A stretch of DNA of 64,000 nucleotides, from NCBI RefSeq assembly GCF_009914755.1, contig NC_060929.1, one strand, 5' to 3'. Positions 26,691-41,579 of this stretch are shown piece by piece. Origin of the DNA: the human T2T-CHM13v2.0 reference genome, Homo sapiens. Below the pieces are notes generated by a model, which was not told the DNA's origin, did no database searches, and worked only from the letters and a program-made list of their open reading frames with translations. Made by a program: the position numbers and the translations under genes. Within the stretch, counting starts at the first letter, position 1; each line of letters opens with the position of its first letter.

Positions 26691-28629
26691 CCACTCGTGT
26701 ATCCCAGATGCCTTCAGCTTGCATATTCCCAAGTTCACCAGTCTGGGGTCCTTCCCGAGAGCCTCCCAGTCCACATGTTATGGAAAAGCCTTGGGCCCTT
26801 TCCAAGATGTTTCTAGATTCCCCCAGGGCTTATATTTTACTGGTCATCCCTGGCTCTGATTTCCTGTTCACACTGAGCACTCCCATCTCATTCCTTTCTT
26901 CCCCCGGGACTGTGTTTTCTTTCTGCCTGTCAACTTAATGCTGGTCTTTCAATGACCACCAGCAGCTCACAGCTGTCAAGTTTAGCAGATGTTTCCTGCA
27001 GGTCTGCAGTTAACAAGAGGTGTCATCCCCAAAGTAAATGATTCTACACTGAAGTCCCCATCTGGGCGGGGAACTCCTGCTAGGAGGAATTTATCACTGG
27101 CCATTTCCTCCTCCAATTCCCTCTGCCTCATTTTTACTTCTAGGCCCTCTCATTCTCTTTCAGAAATCACTTTGTCCCCTCCCAAAAAAACAAAGAAACA
27201 AAAACAGAAACAAACCCTTCTTCCTCTAGCAGTCAGCATGCAGCTGCTGATCAAGTTCCAAATTGCAGTTCCTTTCTTAATCAGAACAACTCAACTCATT
27301 TTTCCTATACCTCTCCTATGTGTCCAGGTATTTCCGAGAGTGATGCATGCTCCTTGGGAAGCATTGGGAATTCTGCACTTCTGGGCCAGCCAGCTCCAAC
27401 TGCAGCCAATGTTTAAAAAATAGCATCTCTCCCTTCCTTCTATATGTACAGATCTTCAGGGATTTAGCAAATTCTCTTAAATAGCTAGAAGACCTTGCTG
27501 ACTTCGATGCAAATATTCTGGCCAGAGAACTGAGGTCCTTGGATGAAACCCAATAATCAGAGGGGTCACAGTTTCCTTAGCCCAGGAGGAAGGCAGCTGG
27601 TGTCTCAGCAGATGTTCCTAAAGGCCTGGCTTTTTCCACATCTGTTCTGTGTGGTAGACAAGGAGAAGAGGAAGGGAGGAAGGGAACAGAGAGGAAGCAG
27701 AGAGAGCTGAAGATTAAAACAATACTGTACAGGTCCCCGCTAAAGATGGACTCTCTGGCTGCCAGGAAAGGACTGAGAGATAAATAGGAGGAGCATAAGA
27801 ACCTGGGAGCTGGAGGCTGGTCCACCTCCCTCAGCTTCCAGGACCCAGAGGGAGGCAGGCACAGCCAGCCTTGGCCCTGTGGAACCAACACCTTCCAGCC
27901 AGGCTGCCAGGAAGCCAAATTCCAAATGTCTAAACTGTATTTTGCACTTTTCCACAAGGTGACCTGCAGCTGCTCTGATGGCCCCTAGGATTCTGTAGGG
28001 TACTGTGCAGTCCAGAAAACTTGACTTCCCAATTCTTCCCACTTAGCCAGCTGCCATTTCCTTCCCTCCTAACCACTTTCCTTCCTATTCTTTTCCCTCT
28101 GTATTTTCCCCCTTTGTTTTAAAAGTTCAACATGAAACTTTACTCTGTACACTCATCAGGTTAGCAAAAATTAGAAAGTCAGCTAATGCCAAGTGTTAGC
28201 TGGAGTAGGGGGGGAAGAGGAACCCTTGTTCTCTGCAAGGGAGTATGAGAAGGTGCAGCCACTCCGGAGGCTGTCTGATGGTGCTGGTTCAAGTCGACTG
28301 CGTAAGTCTTCTGCCCACAGCAATGCCACTCCTCGGTATGCGGCGCAGAGACACTTTTTGTCCAAAAGGGGCATGTGGGGAGGTGCTCATTCAGCATTGT
28401 TTCTGGCAGGGGCGTTGGCCACTCAGGCACCCATCCCTGGGGAAGACAGAAGTAAATGTGGTGGGTGTACACCTTGGAGAAGCATCTATCAGTCAGAAGC
28501 AAGGAAGGGGATGTCCACACAGATTTAGGTAGCTTACGTTAGACACTATGTTCAAATTCAAGGACGCACATCAGAGGCACAGAAAGGCTGCCTGTGGGGG
28601 AATTCGGACTGCAAGTGGAGAATGGGGAC

Positions 28630-29118
28630 TGTAGTGGATTGAAGATGGTCCCAAATTCCTTGACACTCCCTGCATGGAGAGGTGAGGTGGGGTGCCCTGG
28701 GCAGGCTTGTGACTACTTGACCAACAGAATACAGCAGAAGTGGTGCTTGTCAGTTTCCAGGCCTGGGCTTTTTAGAGGGTGGCAGTTCACTTCACCTCTC
28801 TTAGGACACTCTCTGGGAGCTTGAAGCTGCCATGTAATCAACTGCCCTAATACCACCAGGTTGCTGAAACCATGTTCAGGAGCTCTGTTTGTGGTCCTAG
28901 CTGAGCCCAGCCTTGCAGCCAGCCCCCACCAGCCAATGTCACCAGACATGTAAGTGAAGCCATCCTGGGATCTCTAGACCAGCCCAGCACACCTACAGGC
29001 TGATTACCATGGAGTGACCTCTGTTGGCACCACATTCATCAAGAGAATCAACCAGCTGAGTCCTGCAAATCCAAATCCACACAACTGTAATATGATAAAG
29101 TATCTAACTTTGGGGGTA
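28630..29118 (+). mobile_element. MLT1G/H-like LTR, interrupted near its 3' end by THE1
   Basis: tgtagtggattgaagatgg...ccttgacactccc...gacatgtaagtgaagccatc. Confidence 0.7.
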
Positions 29119-31325
29119 TATATTAGCCTGTTTTCATGCTGCTGATAAAGGCATACCTGAGACTGGGAAGAAAAAGAGGTTTAATGGACTTATAGTCCAC
29201 ATGGCTGGGGAGGTCACACAATCATGGTGGAAGGTGGGGAGGAGCAAGTCACATCTTACAAGGATGACAGCAGGCAAAGAGAGAGCTTGTGCAGGGGAAC
29301 TCCTCTTTATAAAACCATCAGATCTCATGAGACTTACTCACTATCATGAGAACAGCACAAGAAAGACCCACCCCCATGATTCAATTCACTCCCACTGGGT
29401 CCCTCCCATGACATGTGGGAATTGTGGGAATTACAATTCAAGATGAGAGTTGGGTGGGGACACAGCCAAACCATATCATTCTGCCCCTGGACCTTCCCAA
29501 ATCTCATGTCCTCACATTTCAAAACCAATCATGCCATCCCAACAGGCCCCCAAAGTCTTAACTCATTTCAGCATTAACTCAAAAGTCCACAGTCCAAAGT
29601 CTCATCTGAGAAAAGGCAAGTCCCTTCCACCTATAAGCCTGTAAAATAAAAAAAAAAAATTAGTTACTTCCTAGCTACAATGGGGGTACAGGCATTGAGT
29701 AAATACAGCCATTTCAAATGGGAGAAATTGGCCAAAACAAAGGGGCTACAGACTCCATGCAAGTCTGAAATCCAGTGGGGCAGTCAAATCCTACAGTTCC
29801 AAAATGATCTCCTTTGACTTCATGTCTCACATCCAGGTCATGCTGATGCAAGAGGTGGGTTCCCATGGTCTTGGGCAGCTTTGCTTCTGTGGCTTTGCAG
29901 GGTATAGCCTCCCTCCTGGCTGCTTTCATGGGCTGTTGAGTGCCTGCAGCCTTTCCAGGAGTATGGTGCAAGGTGTTGGTAGATCTACCATTCTGGGGTC
30001 TGGAGGACAATGGCCCTCTTCTCACAACTCCATTAGGCAGAGCCCCAGTAGGGACTCTGTGTGGGGGCTCTGACCCCACATTTCCCTTCTGCACTGCTGT
30101 AGCAGAGGTGCTCCATAAGAGCCCCGCCCCTTCAGCAAACTTCTACCTGGACATCCATGCATTTCCATGCATCCCCTGAAATCTAGGCAGAGGTTCCCAA
30201 ACCTCAATTCTTGACTTCTGTGCGCCTACAGGCACAACACCACATAGAAGCTGCCAAGGCTTGGGGCTTCCACCCTCTGAAGCAACAGGCTGAGCTGTAC
30301 CTTGGCCCTTTTAGTCATGGCTGGAGCAGCTGGGACACAGGGCATCAAGTCCCTAGACTGCACACAGCAGAGGGACCCTGGACCTGGCCCACAAAACCAT
30401 TTTTTCCTCTTAAACCTCTGGGCCTGTGATGAGAAGGGCTGCCACAAAGGTCTCTGACATGACCTAGAAATATTTTCCTCATTGTCTTGGCGATTAACAT
30501 TCGGGTCCTCATTCGTTACTTATGCAAATAAATTTCTGCAGCCAACTTTAATTTCTCCTCAAAAAATGGGATTTTATTTTATATTGCATTGTCAGGCTGT
30601 AAATTTTCCAAACTTTTATGCTCTGTTTCCCTTTTAAAACTGAATGCCTTTAACAGCACCCAAGTCACCTCTTGAATGCTTTGCTGCTTAGAAGTTTCTT
30701 CTGCCAGATACCCTAAATCATCTCTCTCAAGTTCAAAGTTCCACAAATCTCTAGGGTAGGGGCAAAATGCCACCAGTCTCTTTGCTAAAACATAACAAGA
30801 ATCACCTTTGCTCCAGTTCCCAATAAGTTCCTGATCTCCATCTGAGACCACCTCAGCCTGGATTTATTGTCCATATCATTATTAGCATTTTGGTCGAAGC
30901 CATTCAACAAGTCTCTAGGAAGTTCCAAACTTTCCCATATTTTAGTTTCTTCTTCTGAGCCCTCCAAACTGTTCCAACCTCTGCCTGTTACCCAGTTCTA
31001 AAGTTGCTTCCACATTTTCAGGTACCTTTTCAGCAGTGTCCCACTTTACTAGTACCAATTTACTATCTTAGTCCATTTTCACACTGAGATAAAGAATATC
31101 TGAGACTGGGCAATTTACAAAAGAAAGAGGTTTAATGGGCTTACAGTTCTACATGGCTGGGGAGGCCTCACGATCATGGTGGAAGGCATGGAGGAGCAAC
31201 TCACATCTTACGTGGATGGTGGCAGGCAAAGAGAGAGAGCTTGTGCAGGGGAACTCCTCTTTATAAAACCATTAGACCTCATGAGACTTATTCACCATCA
31301 TGAGAACAGCACAAGAAAGACCTAC
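29119..31325 (-). mobile_element. THE1 MaLR element: LTR (29119-29478), internal region (29479-31063), truncated LTR (31064-~31325)
   Basis: LTR consensus (gctgctgataaag...gggacacagccaaaccatatca) and classic THE1-int sequence. The ORF-track peptides here are typical MaLR-int translations. Confidence 0.93.
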
Positions 31326-31729
31326 TTCATGAACTCGGAGTTTCTGTAGCCTTCTTAATGATAATATGATAACATGATGCTATTATAATATATATTTAAA
31401 TATTTAGTGTTTTTTTTCCAGGGTGAAATCTACTTATATATTATCCTTTTTCCAAAGCAGCATTTTGAAGAATAATGGTTGCTATCAACATTTTTGTAGA
31501 TAATTAAATTACTAGAACATCAGGAATTTTTTCCCTAAAATTTCTTCACAGAAAAAAATTATTGTCAAAATTCGATACCTCTGAATTAGTTGAGAGAAAA
31601 AAGACTATATGAATAGAGCATAAGTTCTATTTTTTAAGTGTGTTAATTTAGATCCTATCTTGTTCCAAAAATAATTTGGGATGGCTTACACAAATGTGTA
31701 CCACATGAAGAAAAAGAAAATTGTCTTGA

Positions 31730-33070
31730 TACAGAAATCAAGACAAAAGAAAATTAATAGGAAAGAAAAGGAAATAAAAGGCATCCACATCAGAATAGAA
31801 GTAAGCTATCCATACTTGCAGATTAAAAAAAACCTAAGGAATGCACTAGAAAACTATTAGAACTAATAAATGAGCTCAGCAAGGTTGCAGGATACAAGAT
31901 TAATATACAAAAATTCATTGTATTTTGATACAACAGTAATGCGTAAAAGAAAAACAAAATTTTAAAAACCTCAATTTACAATAATAGCATCAAAAACAAT
32001 AAAACACCAAGAAAATACTTAACAAAATAAGTGCAAAACTTATACTCTGAAAGCTATAAAACATTGTTGATTGAAATTAAACAAGACCTAAAAAAATGGA
32101 AAGACATCTCATGTTCATGGATTGGAAGACTTAATATTGTTAAGATGGTACCATGGATTAAACTGTGATCTCCAAAATTTTGTTGAAGTTAGTCTTAACC
32201 CCTAGTATACCTATGAAGGTGATCTTATTGGATATAGGATCTTTGCAGCTGATCAAGTGAAGACCAGATCATTAAAGTGGGCTCTAATCCAGTATAACTG
32301 GTGAAAGGGGAAACTTAGACACACAGACAGACATGCACACAGGGAGAACACTATGCAAAGATGAAGGCAGAGATTGGGTTGATACATCTAAAAGCCAAGG
32401 AACACCAAATACTGCCAGTAAAGCATCAGAAGATAAAGGAGAACGGCATGGAACAGATTCTCCCTCACATTGCTCAATTGTACCAACACCTTGACCTGGC
32501 AATTCTAGGCTCCAGAACTTTAAATAAGAATAATATTTTAAATAATAATATTTTTAAAAGAATAATATTTTGTTGTTTAAGTCAACCAGTTTGTGGTACT
32601 TCATTATGGCTACCCTTGCAAACTAATACAGATAGTGATATTCCCAAAACTGATCTATTGATTCAAAATAATCACTATCAAAATCCCAGTTAGCTTCTTT
32701 GAAGAAATCAACAAACTGATCCTAAAATTTGTACGGAAATGCAAGGGACCTCAAGTAGTTGAAACAATTTTGAAAAATAAGGACAAGATTGGAGGACTCA
32801 TACTTCTTGATTTCAAAACTTACTACAAAGCTATAGCAATCAAGACAGTGTAATATAGTCATAAGGACAGACATACAGATCAATGGAATAGAATTGAAAC
32901 TCCAGAAATAAACCCTCAAATTTACAGTCAACTGATTTTTTACAAACTTGCTAATTAAATGTGGAAAGAAGACTATTTTCAACATATGGAGTTGAGATAG
33001 CTAGATATCCACATGCAAAAGAATAAAGTTAGACCCCTACCTCACACCTTATGTAAATACCCCTAAAGTG
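31730..33070 (+). mobile_element. L1MA/MB ORF2 fragment with nested LTR
   Basis: agcaaggttgcaggatacaagattaatatacaaaaa...gatttcaaaacttactacaaagctatagcaatcaagacagtg. Confidence 0.88.
32149..32630 (+). mobile_element. MLT1B/C solo LTR nested in L1
   Basis: Ends aactaataca; 5-bp TSD gatgg/gatag; L1 resumes collinearly afterwards. Confidence 0.85.
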
Positions 33071-33127
33071 GGAGAGCAAAATAAGCTTATCATCATCAAG
33101 ATGCCAAGGCTGGTAAGAAGGGGATGT

Positions 33128-33482
<355 letters not shown>

Positions 33483-33489
33483 TTAAAAA

Positions 33490-34160
33490 AATTAATTTGC
33501 AAAGTTTCAATTTACAGAAAAATTGCAAAGACAATACAGACGCCTTCCCACATGTCCCACTATTAAAACCTTATATTATTATTGTACATGTGTCACAATT
33601 AATGAATGAACGTTGGTACATGTTAGGAACTAATGTTAATTCAGACTTCTTGAGTTTTTCCCTCATGTCCTTTTTCTGTTCCAGGATCCCATCTAGATTC
33701 CACACCACATTTTGTCACCATGTCTCCTTGGGCTTCTCTTTGTTGTGACAGTTTCTTGGACTTTCCTTGTTTTGATGACCTTGACAGTGTTGGAGTATTC
33801 GTCAGATATTTTGTAGAATGTCCCTCGACTAGAAACGTGTCTGCTATTTTTCTTATGATTAGACTGGGGTAATAGGTTTGGGGGTGGAGAATCACAGAGG
33901 TTAAGTTCCATTCACATCACATTCTATCAAGGGTACAGACTATCAGCATGACCTATCACTGTTGATGCTGACCACCTGGCTGAGGTAGTGTCTGTCAGGT
34001 TTCTCCATTGTAAAGTGACTCTTTGCCCGCCTTTCTATACATACTCTTTGGAAGGAAGTCACTATACGTGGCCAATATTTAAGGAGTGGGAGTCATGTTC
34101 CTCCTGGTTGAAGATGGCTACATTAAGTAGCTCCATGATTATTTGGAATTCTTCTGCATG
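33490..34160 (-). mobile_element. L1MC 3' fragment
   Basis: ttttctgttccaggatcccatc...atattttgtagaatgtccctc...tttctccattgtaaagt. Confidence 0.8.
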
Positions 34161-36596
34161 TGATATTTGAACCATTCATTTAAAATCTGTTACAAACCAA
34201 AGCAGGGGGCAATGGGGATGGCATGGGGGAGAAATGTCTCCAAGCTTGGAATTGCTCTTCTACCCTTTAGGGAAATGAAGGGATGGTGCAAATCTAGAAG
34301 GAAAAGAGAAAAGAGGAAGGAGAATTCGCAAGCTAGGGCACATGCAGGTGGTGGCTGTGCCTTCCCTCCTGCTTGCTCACCAGCACGGCGAAAGCTGGGC
34401 AGCCCACCGATGTCACTGCTCCAGGCTGTCTCAATTGTACCTCAGATCCCATTAACATGCCCCAGAATCTTGAAATAATATATTGGTGAGCCTCCTAAAC
34501 AATAGTGGAAAAGTTTTCCTTCTTTTGTTCTGAGCAGACTATTTTTAAAAAGAGTCATATGGTTATAAGACCACAGCAAAATCATCTGTTTCAAAAGTGT
34601 CTCTCCTCCTCCCTCCTCTCTCTGAATGAGTGACGGGCGCTAAGCTGTGTGCCCAGACCTACTGTAGGGAAGTCCTCAGGAACATGTTCCCCAGAGAATG
34701 CCCCAGCATCACCTGGTCAGGAGAAATGGGGTCCTTGGGACTTGTGAACAGGTCCCAGCTCTGGGGAAAAAACCACCAAGAATTTTTCCACTCTGGGAGG
34801 GAAGAAAGAACTCTTCTAGTTTTGGATCTTTAATGAAAGGCAAAAGCAATTTGGGAAAAACAAGATCTGGCTACAAAATAAAAAGGTTATTTTTACTGCG
34901 GAGAGCAAGCCATCTAATGAAATGCTGCAATTGCCAAAGTTTGTTCGGCCCCCGGGGAACTTTACGGGCACTTAAGGGTCTGTCCTTTTGACTGTGGAGC
35001 CCATTTGTGGTGAATGTTTCACGAATTCAGGGAGACCACAGCCAAGGTCGAGCAGTCCCTGCCAACTGAGTTGGTGTCCCCTGAGGATTGAAGTCTGTTT
35101 CCAGAAGGGGAGACTGAGGTTTCATTTGTTAAAGTGACATCGCCATCCTTCCTCAGAGCCGTCCCGGACCCGGAGCTGCCGCCCACACACCGGCACGCAG
35201 GCCACAGGGGACCTTGCCTTCTGGGTCATTCTGTCCTTGAGCTCTCTGCAGATGCACTGAGAGGCGAGTTTCTTGCTGAGGTCACATGCCCTGTGCACAC
35301 ATCCTTTCAAACTGGACAGAAAATATTTTCTGATGATTGTCTGTAGACAGATTTAGAGCTGAGATCCCTGCATTCCTGCATTCTGAATTGAGAAGTATCA
35401 GATAAGTGGGCCTGAGAGCCATGGCTCTTCTAGGAGACATATGAAATCAGCATGCAGTTGGTGCTTCTCACTCATGCTCGCTGCAGGCCTCCCTCCTTTA
35501 CAGAGAGACAGGCAGAGCGGCGCCAAGGCAGCTGTGGCTTTGCAGTCAGACAAGGCTGGATTGGAATCCCAGATCTATCACTGTAATCTCTCCATCAATT
35601 TCTCTAACTGCAGGCAGAGATGACATGAAGTGGTATATGCAAAATGCCTGAAAAATAGCAGATTGCAAAAAACAAATAGTAAATGGGGAAGGATAGATTT
35701 CCTCTTTTGACACAGACCTCCTGCTCTTGATTCTTAAAAAGCTAACCTGTTCTCCATTTCTACTATTTTTTTTTTAAAGTACACAATTCAACAGAGTATT
35801 GAGATGGTTTTAAAAAATCCCAATTTTCCCACAAATCCAAACATGGTAATTTACCACAGGTAGACCTTAATTTTTTTCACATTTTAGAAAGTATTTGAGG
35901 CATTTTCGTTTGTGAGAGAACCCTAAAGTCTTGCCTTCTAGTTTGTGGATATTTAGGTGTGCCTATGCTTTTATGTGCTGCGGATACATTAAGATACGTT
36001 AAGATCAGCCAATCTGAACAGCTGAAAAGCTTTTATCACCAAGGAGCTTAACAGCTCTGGAGATACATTCATTTCCTGTACAACTGGTCTGACCTATAGC
36101 TTGGGGTATGAAATCTAGTCATATCTCTGTTTTATTCTAATTAATCACTGAGTCCTCTCTCCCCCTCACACACTGTTATTATAAAGTTTAATATCTTGCT
36201 TTTGAATTTTCCAATACCCCCTGAGGCCTTACTTAGTCTTATTTCTGAAATACCAGATGTAGAGAAAAACTGCAATCAGCCTTCCATTGTGCCTGCTTCT
36301 CTTCACCACAAGGTGGCACTGTTGAACACCAGTCCTGCACAGCTCCATGGACATTCACACTGCTTTGTTGAGATCTTCACTCTTTTGTATCTCTCGTTTC
36401 TGCAGTGGTGTCCCACATTTGGGGTCCAAAGTTGGCTCCCTTGGTTGATGTTCAGACATTATTCCCCCAAATGAGACCCTGAGTAGCTTTCAGCTTCAGC
36501 TATCATAGTTCTAGGGCCACCACCTCCATCAACTATTAGGTTTTGAGCCCAAATCAGTGACTACTGACCTAGACACTTACATGTTTTAGAGGCAAG

Positions 36597-36964
36597 TATT
36601 ATGGACAGAATATTTGTGTCCCTTCATACGTTGAAGCTCTAATCCCTGTATTTGGACATGGGGACTTTCTGGATGTAATTAAGGTTAAATGAGGTCATAA
36701 GGGTAGGGTCCTGATGCTGTAGGATTGGTATCCTAATAAGAGATGCCAGAGAACTTGTGTGTGTGCTCTCTTTCTCCCCCATGTGTGGACACAGTGAGGA
36801 GGCAGCCGTCTGCAAGCCGGGAAGAGAGCCCTCACCAGAACCCAGCCATGGTGCCCTGATCTTGGGCTTCTCAGTTCCCACAGAACTGAGCGAAGGTACA
36901 TGTCTGTTGTTGAAGCCACCCAGTCCATGGTATTTTGTTACAGCAGTGCAGGCAGACTAAGACA
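36597..36964 (+). mobile_element. MLT1A/MSTD solo LTR
   Basis: tgtaattaaggttaaatgaggtcataagggt...gagccctcaccagaa...gactaagaca. Confidence 0.85.
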
Positions 36965-38659
36965 GTGAGTTTCTCTGTGCAGTGCTTTGTGTCCCTCCCT
37001 CCCAACATACTTTGATAGGGTCAACCTGGTCTTACCTGACAGATCCATCTGGGTAGAGAATTCTGGGGTACCGAGTACCCAGTTAGGGTGGAGGAAATTG
37101 GATGCAGGTGGGCACATCCATTGGCCCTTGCTGCCTGGAAAGAGGCATGTCCAGAGGGGGACAGTATCAGGCCCTCTAATGTGAGCAGCCTGGGGCAGGG
37201 ATCCTTTTTGCCCAGGTTGGAAATCACAGCTCTGCCATCCACTCACTGTGAGCCTTGGGTAGGATATTTCCCTCTTGGCACCTCACTTTCCTCACCTGCA
37301 AATGGGGATAATGATAGGCCTAGCCTCGTAGGACTGTGGTGAGGATTAAATGCATCAATCCACGGAAAGCACAAAGAATAATGTACAGCATGTAGCAGAA
37401 ATTAATTTTTTAAAATAAGACTCAGCCTCTCTTGAGTGCCCTCAAAACCATCTACTCACACATAAGCAGTGGTGATCAGTGTGGACTTTACTCATGTTTT
37501 AGGAAGTGGGCCAGATGTCTGGGGTTGCATTGCATGCCCCACAACATAAAGCCTAAAGGTGTCCTTTCTGAAAGTTCTGTCACCATATTCTCCTTGGTCA
37601 TCTCCCAGCAGGCTGTCCCTCTGGTCCTTCCCCGCAGGGCCTCTAGGGTGCACTTATTTCCCGGGCCACCATTTCCTAGCCAGTCCTCACTCTCCTTCCC
37701 TTCCACATGGGAAAAGATACCTCCCTCTCCTTGTCTCCTTATTTCCCAGTCCCTGTGCCATTTTGTCATTTCTGTTTTTATGTGCACGTGTTCTTAGGCT
37801 CTTACCTTCCAGCCCAATCATTCTAACAAAATAATTTTTTCAATTTTTTAAAAATGTATATTCTCCCTCAGAAGATCCTGGTTGAGAACATCTTCTTCAT
37901 CCTTTTATGGCACAAGTGGAAGCAGGGCCATAGTGTGCCCATGAGGTGTTGCTGCGCTATCATTTCTGCATCTGATCTTGAGTTCCTTAAAGGCTGGGGT
38001 GGCACTTAGTGACCTCAGGGCTGGGATCCCAGAGGTACAGATGATGTGCCTGTGTGGGATCAATGAGCAGGTGCTGCCTTGGGTCTCTGCTGGCTCCTGT
38101 GGCAAGGTCTGCAGGTCCTTCCCCTGTTCTCGTGGTGGAACAGCTCCCCGGGCCACCCCACACCCCAACCATGTGCTGAACTTCCTCCTGGGAATGACAT
38201 TTTTCTAGCACCTACTAGTCACTTCCATTTTTGTCTTCACCCTGGGGCTTCTGAGAAGCTCTGCTTTATGTTTTTCCCTAGCAACACAGAACATTAAAAG
38301 CTTTGGCATTTAAAATTATTCCTTTCATGTTGTTTCAACTTAAAGAGAAAGATAGCAAAGCTTTGACTCATGGGCCAAGTCTAACTGGCGACACCCACCC
38401 CTGCCCTATCCCACCAAATGTTCATGATGGAGTCCTGATGTCTATCTCCTATATGAAACAAATGAAGAGTTTGTGCAAATGTATCCAAATCCAGAAGCAA
38501 CCAAGAGACCATGTTTATATCAGCTTGGTCAGCTACTAGCTTAGATAAATGCCTAATTTTAAAGGTACACTCAATCATGACTTGTTCCAAAAACAAATTG
38601 AGACAGCTATAGAGTTGAGTTATAAATTCTTAAATAAATATGTAAGAGAGATTTTAACA

Positions 38660-38910
38660 CTTATTGACACTTATCTTGTGCCAGCAATTAATTGTGCCAG
38701 GAAATGTTTTAAGGTGTTATGAATACTGACTACTCATTGGATTTTCCTATCAACCTTATGAGGCAGGCACTACTATAACCCCATATTACAGATGAGAAAA
38801 CTGGAGGACAGAAGAATGAAGTAACTCACTCAAGAACACACAGCTGGTAGGGGGCTGCCAGGATTGTGAATCCAGGCAATGTGGCTCCAGGGTCCATGCT
38901 TTTAACACCT
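38660..38910 (-). mobile_element. MIR
   Basis: caaccttatgaggcagg...ttacagatgagaaaactgg. Confidence 0.78.
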
Positions 38911-41579
38911 GTACTATGCTTCTGGAAGTTCAAGAAGCCTAAGAGGTCATCACTTTATCTACCTGTGTGTTCATTCACGGGCCAAACTTGTGATCACCAA
39001 TGCTGTGCCAGGTCTGCACGGGGTGTCAGCTGCACAGAACGGAAGGCACCTGGGGCCTGTACTCGAGTGGTCTCATCCTATGCTCCTGACCATGGCAGAG
39101 TGAGGTGCCAGCATTCCAGCCCTGGGTCCCCACATCAGCCTCCTAAGTCTGACCTTTGGGCATATTTCTTAATCTCTAGTCTCCTTTTCTTCCACTGTAA
39201 AATGAAAATCAGGACACTCGCCTTATTGGGTGGTTTGGCGGTGAAATGAATGAGTGTTTGCAAAGCAGCGTGCAGAGCACTGATAGGTATTCAATCCATC
39301 TCCTCCTTCAGAGAGTATTTTCCCACTCAAATTCTTGTTTCTGTATCCATTCGTAAAGTCATTCCATAAACACGCTCTATTTCACTGGGGGTGTTGGCCA
39401 AAGAGGGGTAAACTAGAGTCTGGGAAGCTCCCAGAGGGTTGGCTCCGGGGCTGGCAGAAGTGATTTTCCAGCGAGAAGCAGCGGTGAGAGCTGAGGTTTG
39501 GAGCCAGAGTTGGATTCCAATCCCAGCCCTGTGTCTTACCAGCTCTGAGATTTGGGGCTATTTATCTCCCGGAGATTCCGTTTCTTTGTCTGTGATCTGT
39601 GATCACATGGGATGGCATATTAAAGGTGAAAGTGCATGTGAGGTGCCTGGTCATCCCGTTGCCAATGCTGCGTTGTGACCTCACCTGGGGGACAGGCACT
39701 CCGAGAGCACAGAGAGGCAGGTGCTCACTCTGGGGAGGTCACTGCCGAATTGGAAGAAGAGCAAAGAACCCAGGGTAGGGTGATGGCCAGGCTCAGCAGG
39801 GGTGGGGGAGGCAGAAGCAGGGGTGCAGGCTACATGCCCTCTGGCTTCAGCACCCCCACTGTGGCTCTGCTCGCAGAGGGTCTTTGGTGGTCTGCCCTTT
39901 CCCTGGTTCTCTTGTTGTTTCCATCAAACCAGCTGCCCCCCTCCAACTGACCTCCTGCAAGGCAGGTGGCCTCCAGGACCACCAGGGAGTGGGTGTTTAC
40001 TTACACTGCCTCAGTCCTGTTTATAGCAGTGGCACTGAGGGGACAAACGCTGCGGTTGGGCTTGGGTGGCTGCCCCACAAAGACAGCTTTCAGGCCACAC
40101 TGGGCTGGAAAGTTAGGGACATGAGCATGATGAGATAGGAAGCAAGGTCAGACCAGGGGCTGGCTCCAGCTGAGTGAAACAGACAGGCAGTAATAACAAC
40201 AGCAACCATTTTTAAAAGTCCTTACTACATCCCAGACTGAACTAAGGGCTTCGCATCCATCTCAGTTATTTATCCCACAAGGATTAGGAAACAGAGGCTG
40301 AGAAACTTGCCCATGGCTGCTCAGCGGCTTTTTGGGGGAGCTGGGGTTTTTCGGCCCTGATCTATCTGAGATCAGAGTCTGGGCTATCTCCACTTTATTT
40401 TGCCTCCCTGATTAAAATTAATACCAATACTGTTTGTTTAAAGATTCTCTATAATCCTCAAAGCAGCCCATTTTACAGATGAGGATACTGAGGTTCAGAG
40501 AGGACCCATGACTTGTGTATGGTAGGAAGTGACAGAGCTGGGACACATCACCCAGCTCCTCCATCTTGTGAGGGAAGGAGCCTGGCTGTCAGGCCAAGAG
40601 GCTCTCTTCCGGTGGAAACTTTTCCTCTAGGAAAAACGCAGGGTGTTTTCCTCCTGGCCTGCCACACAGGTAGAGCCTTGCTGGTTCCTCTGCTGGCATG
40701 ACAACATGGAGTGCGCCCCTCAGTGCACGTGAGGGCGGAAGGCTGGGCCTTCGCCCCTGCCGTGGGCTCAGCCTCACTCTTCGCATCAATGATAACTGCC
40801 ATTGTTGGTTGGGTGGTGACTCTGAGCTGTGCATGTGAGTGACATCATCTCGCTAATTCCCACAGCATCCCCGTGAAGCAGCTACTACCATCTCCCTCAT
40901 TTTACAGACGAGGAAGTGAAGGCTCAGAGAGTCCAAAGAACTTGCCCAAGGTCACCTGGCTGCTGAGGATAAAAGCGCAGGGGGGTTTCACTCCAGAGCT
41001 CCGATTCAGGCAGCCGCTGCCTCCCTCCCTCCTGCACATCTTCCAAATGGCTGGGGGGCCTTGGCTTTCCACCAATGTCCAGGTGCACCCTCTCCAACAG
41101 GTAAGCCTGCCTCCAGCCTCCTTTTCCCCCAGCTCTCCTGTTTCTTCTCCCTTCCATGCCCCTGGTGTGTCCACACCCACTATTTTCCACCTCTCTTTCC
41201 CCTTTTCCCACATCTTTTGGATCCTGCTCTAGTTCCCTGTAAGATAAAGTCCATGTCCTGAGCTGGGTTCCTGTGACCTCCCGCAGGGAACAAGCTCTGG
41301 CTCTGGCTGTGCCACCACTCGGCTGGCTAGGCAACTTTGGCCAGGTAACATCACAGTTCTGGGCTTCAGTTTATCCACCTGTGAAATGGGTGATGATGGC
41401 TGCTCTGCATTCTGGGGTGTTACGATGGTCAAAGGAGTCAGCAACAACTCCTGGTACTCCTGGGCTTATTCTGTGCCCTGTACATGCCAGTGCTTGGTAG
41501 CAGCATCTCAATTCATAAATGGTGGAAAGAGATGAGAAAGTGATGCTGGTTTTGTAGAGGTCCCTGTTATCTGCTGTTT

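Noticed and set aside
29714-30967. ORFs with protein-like text (VSDGDQELIGNWSKG...)
   Set aside because: Broken remnants of the THE1 internal ORF; fragmented and not an intact gene.
40711-40728. CTCF-like gcgcccctcagtgc
   Set aside because: Deviates at key core positions; much weaker than the two reported sites.
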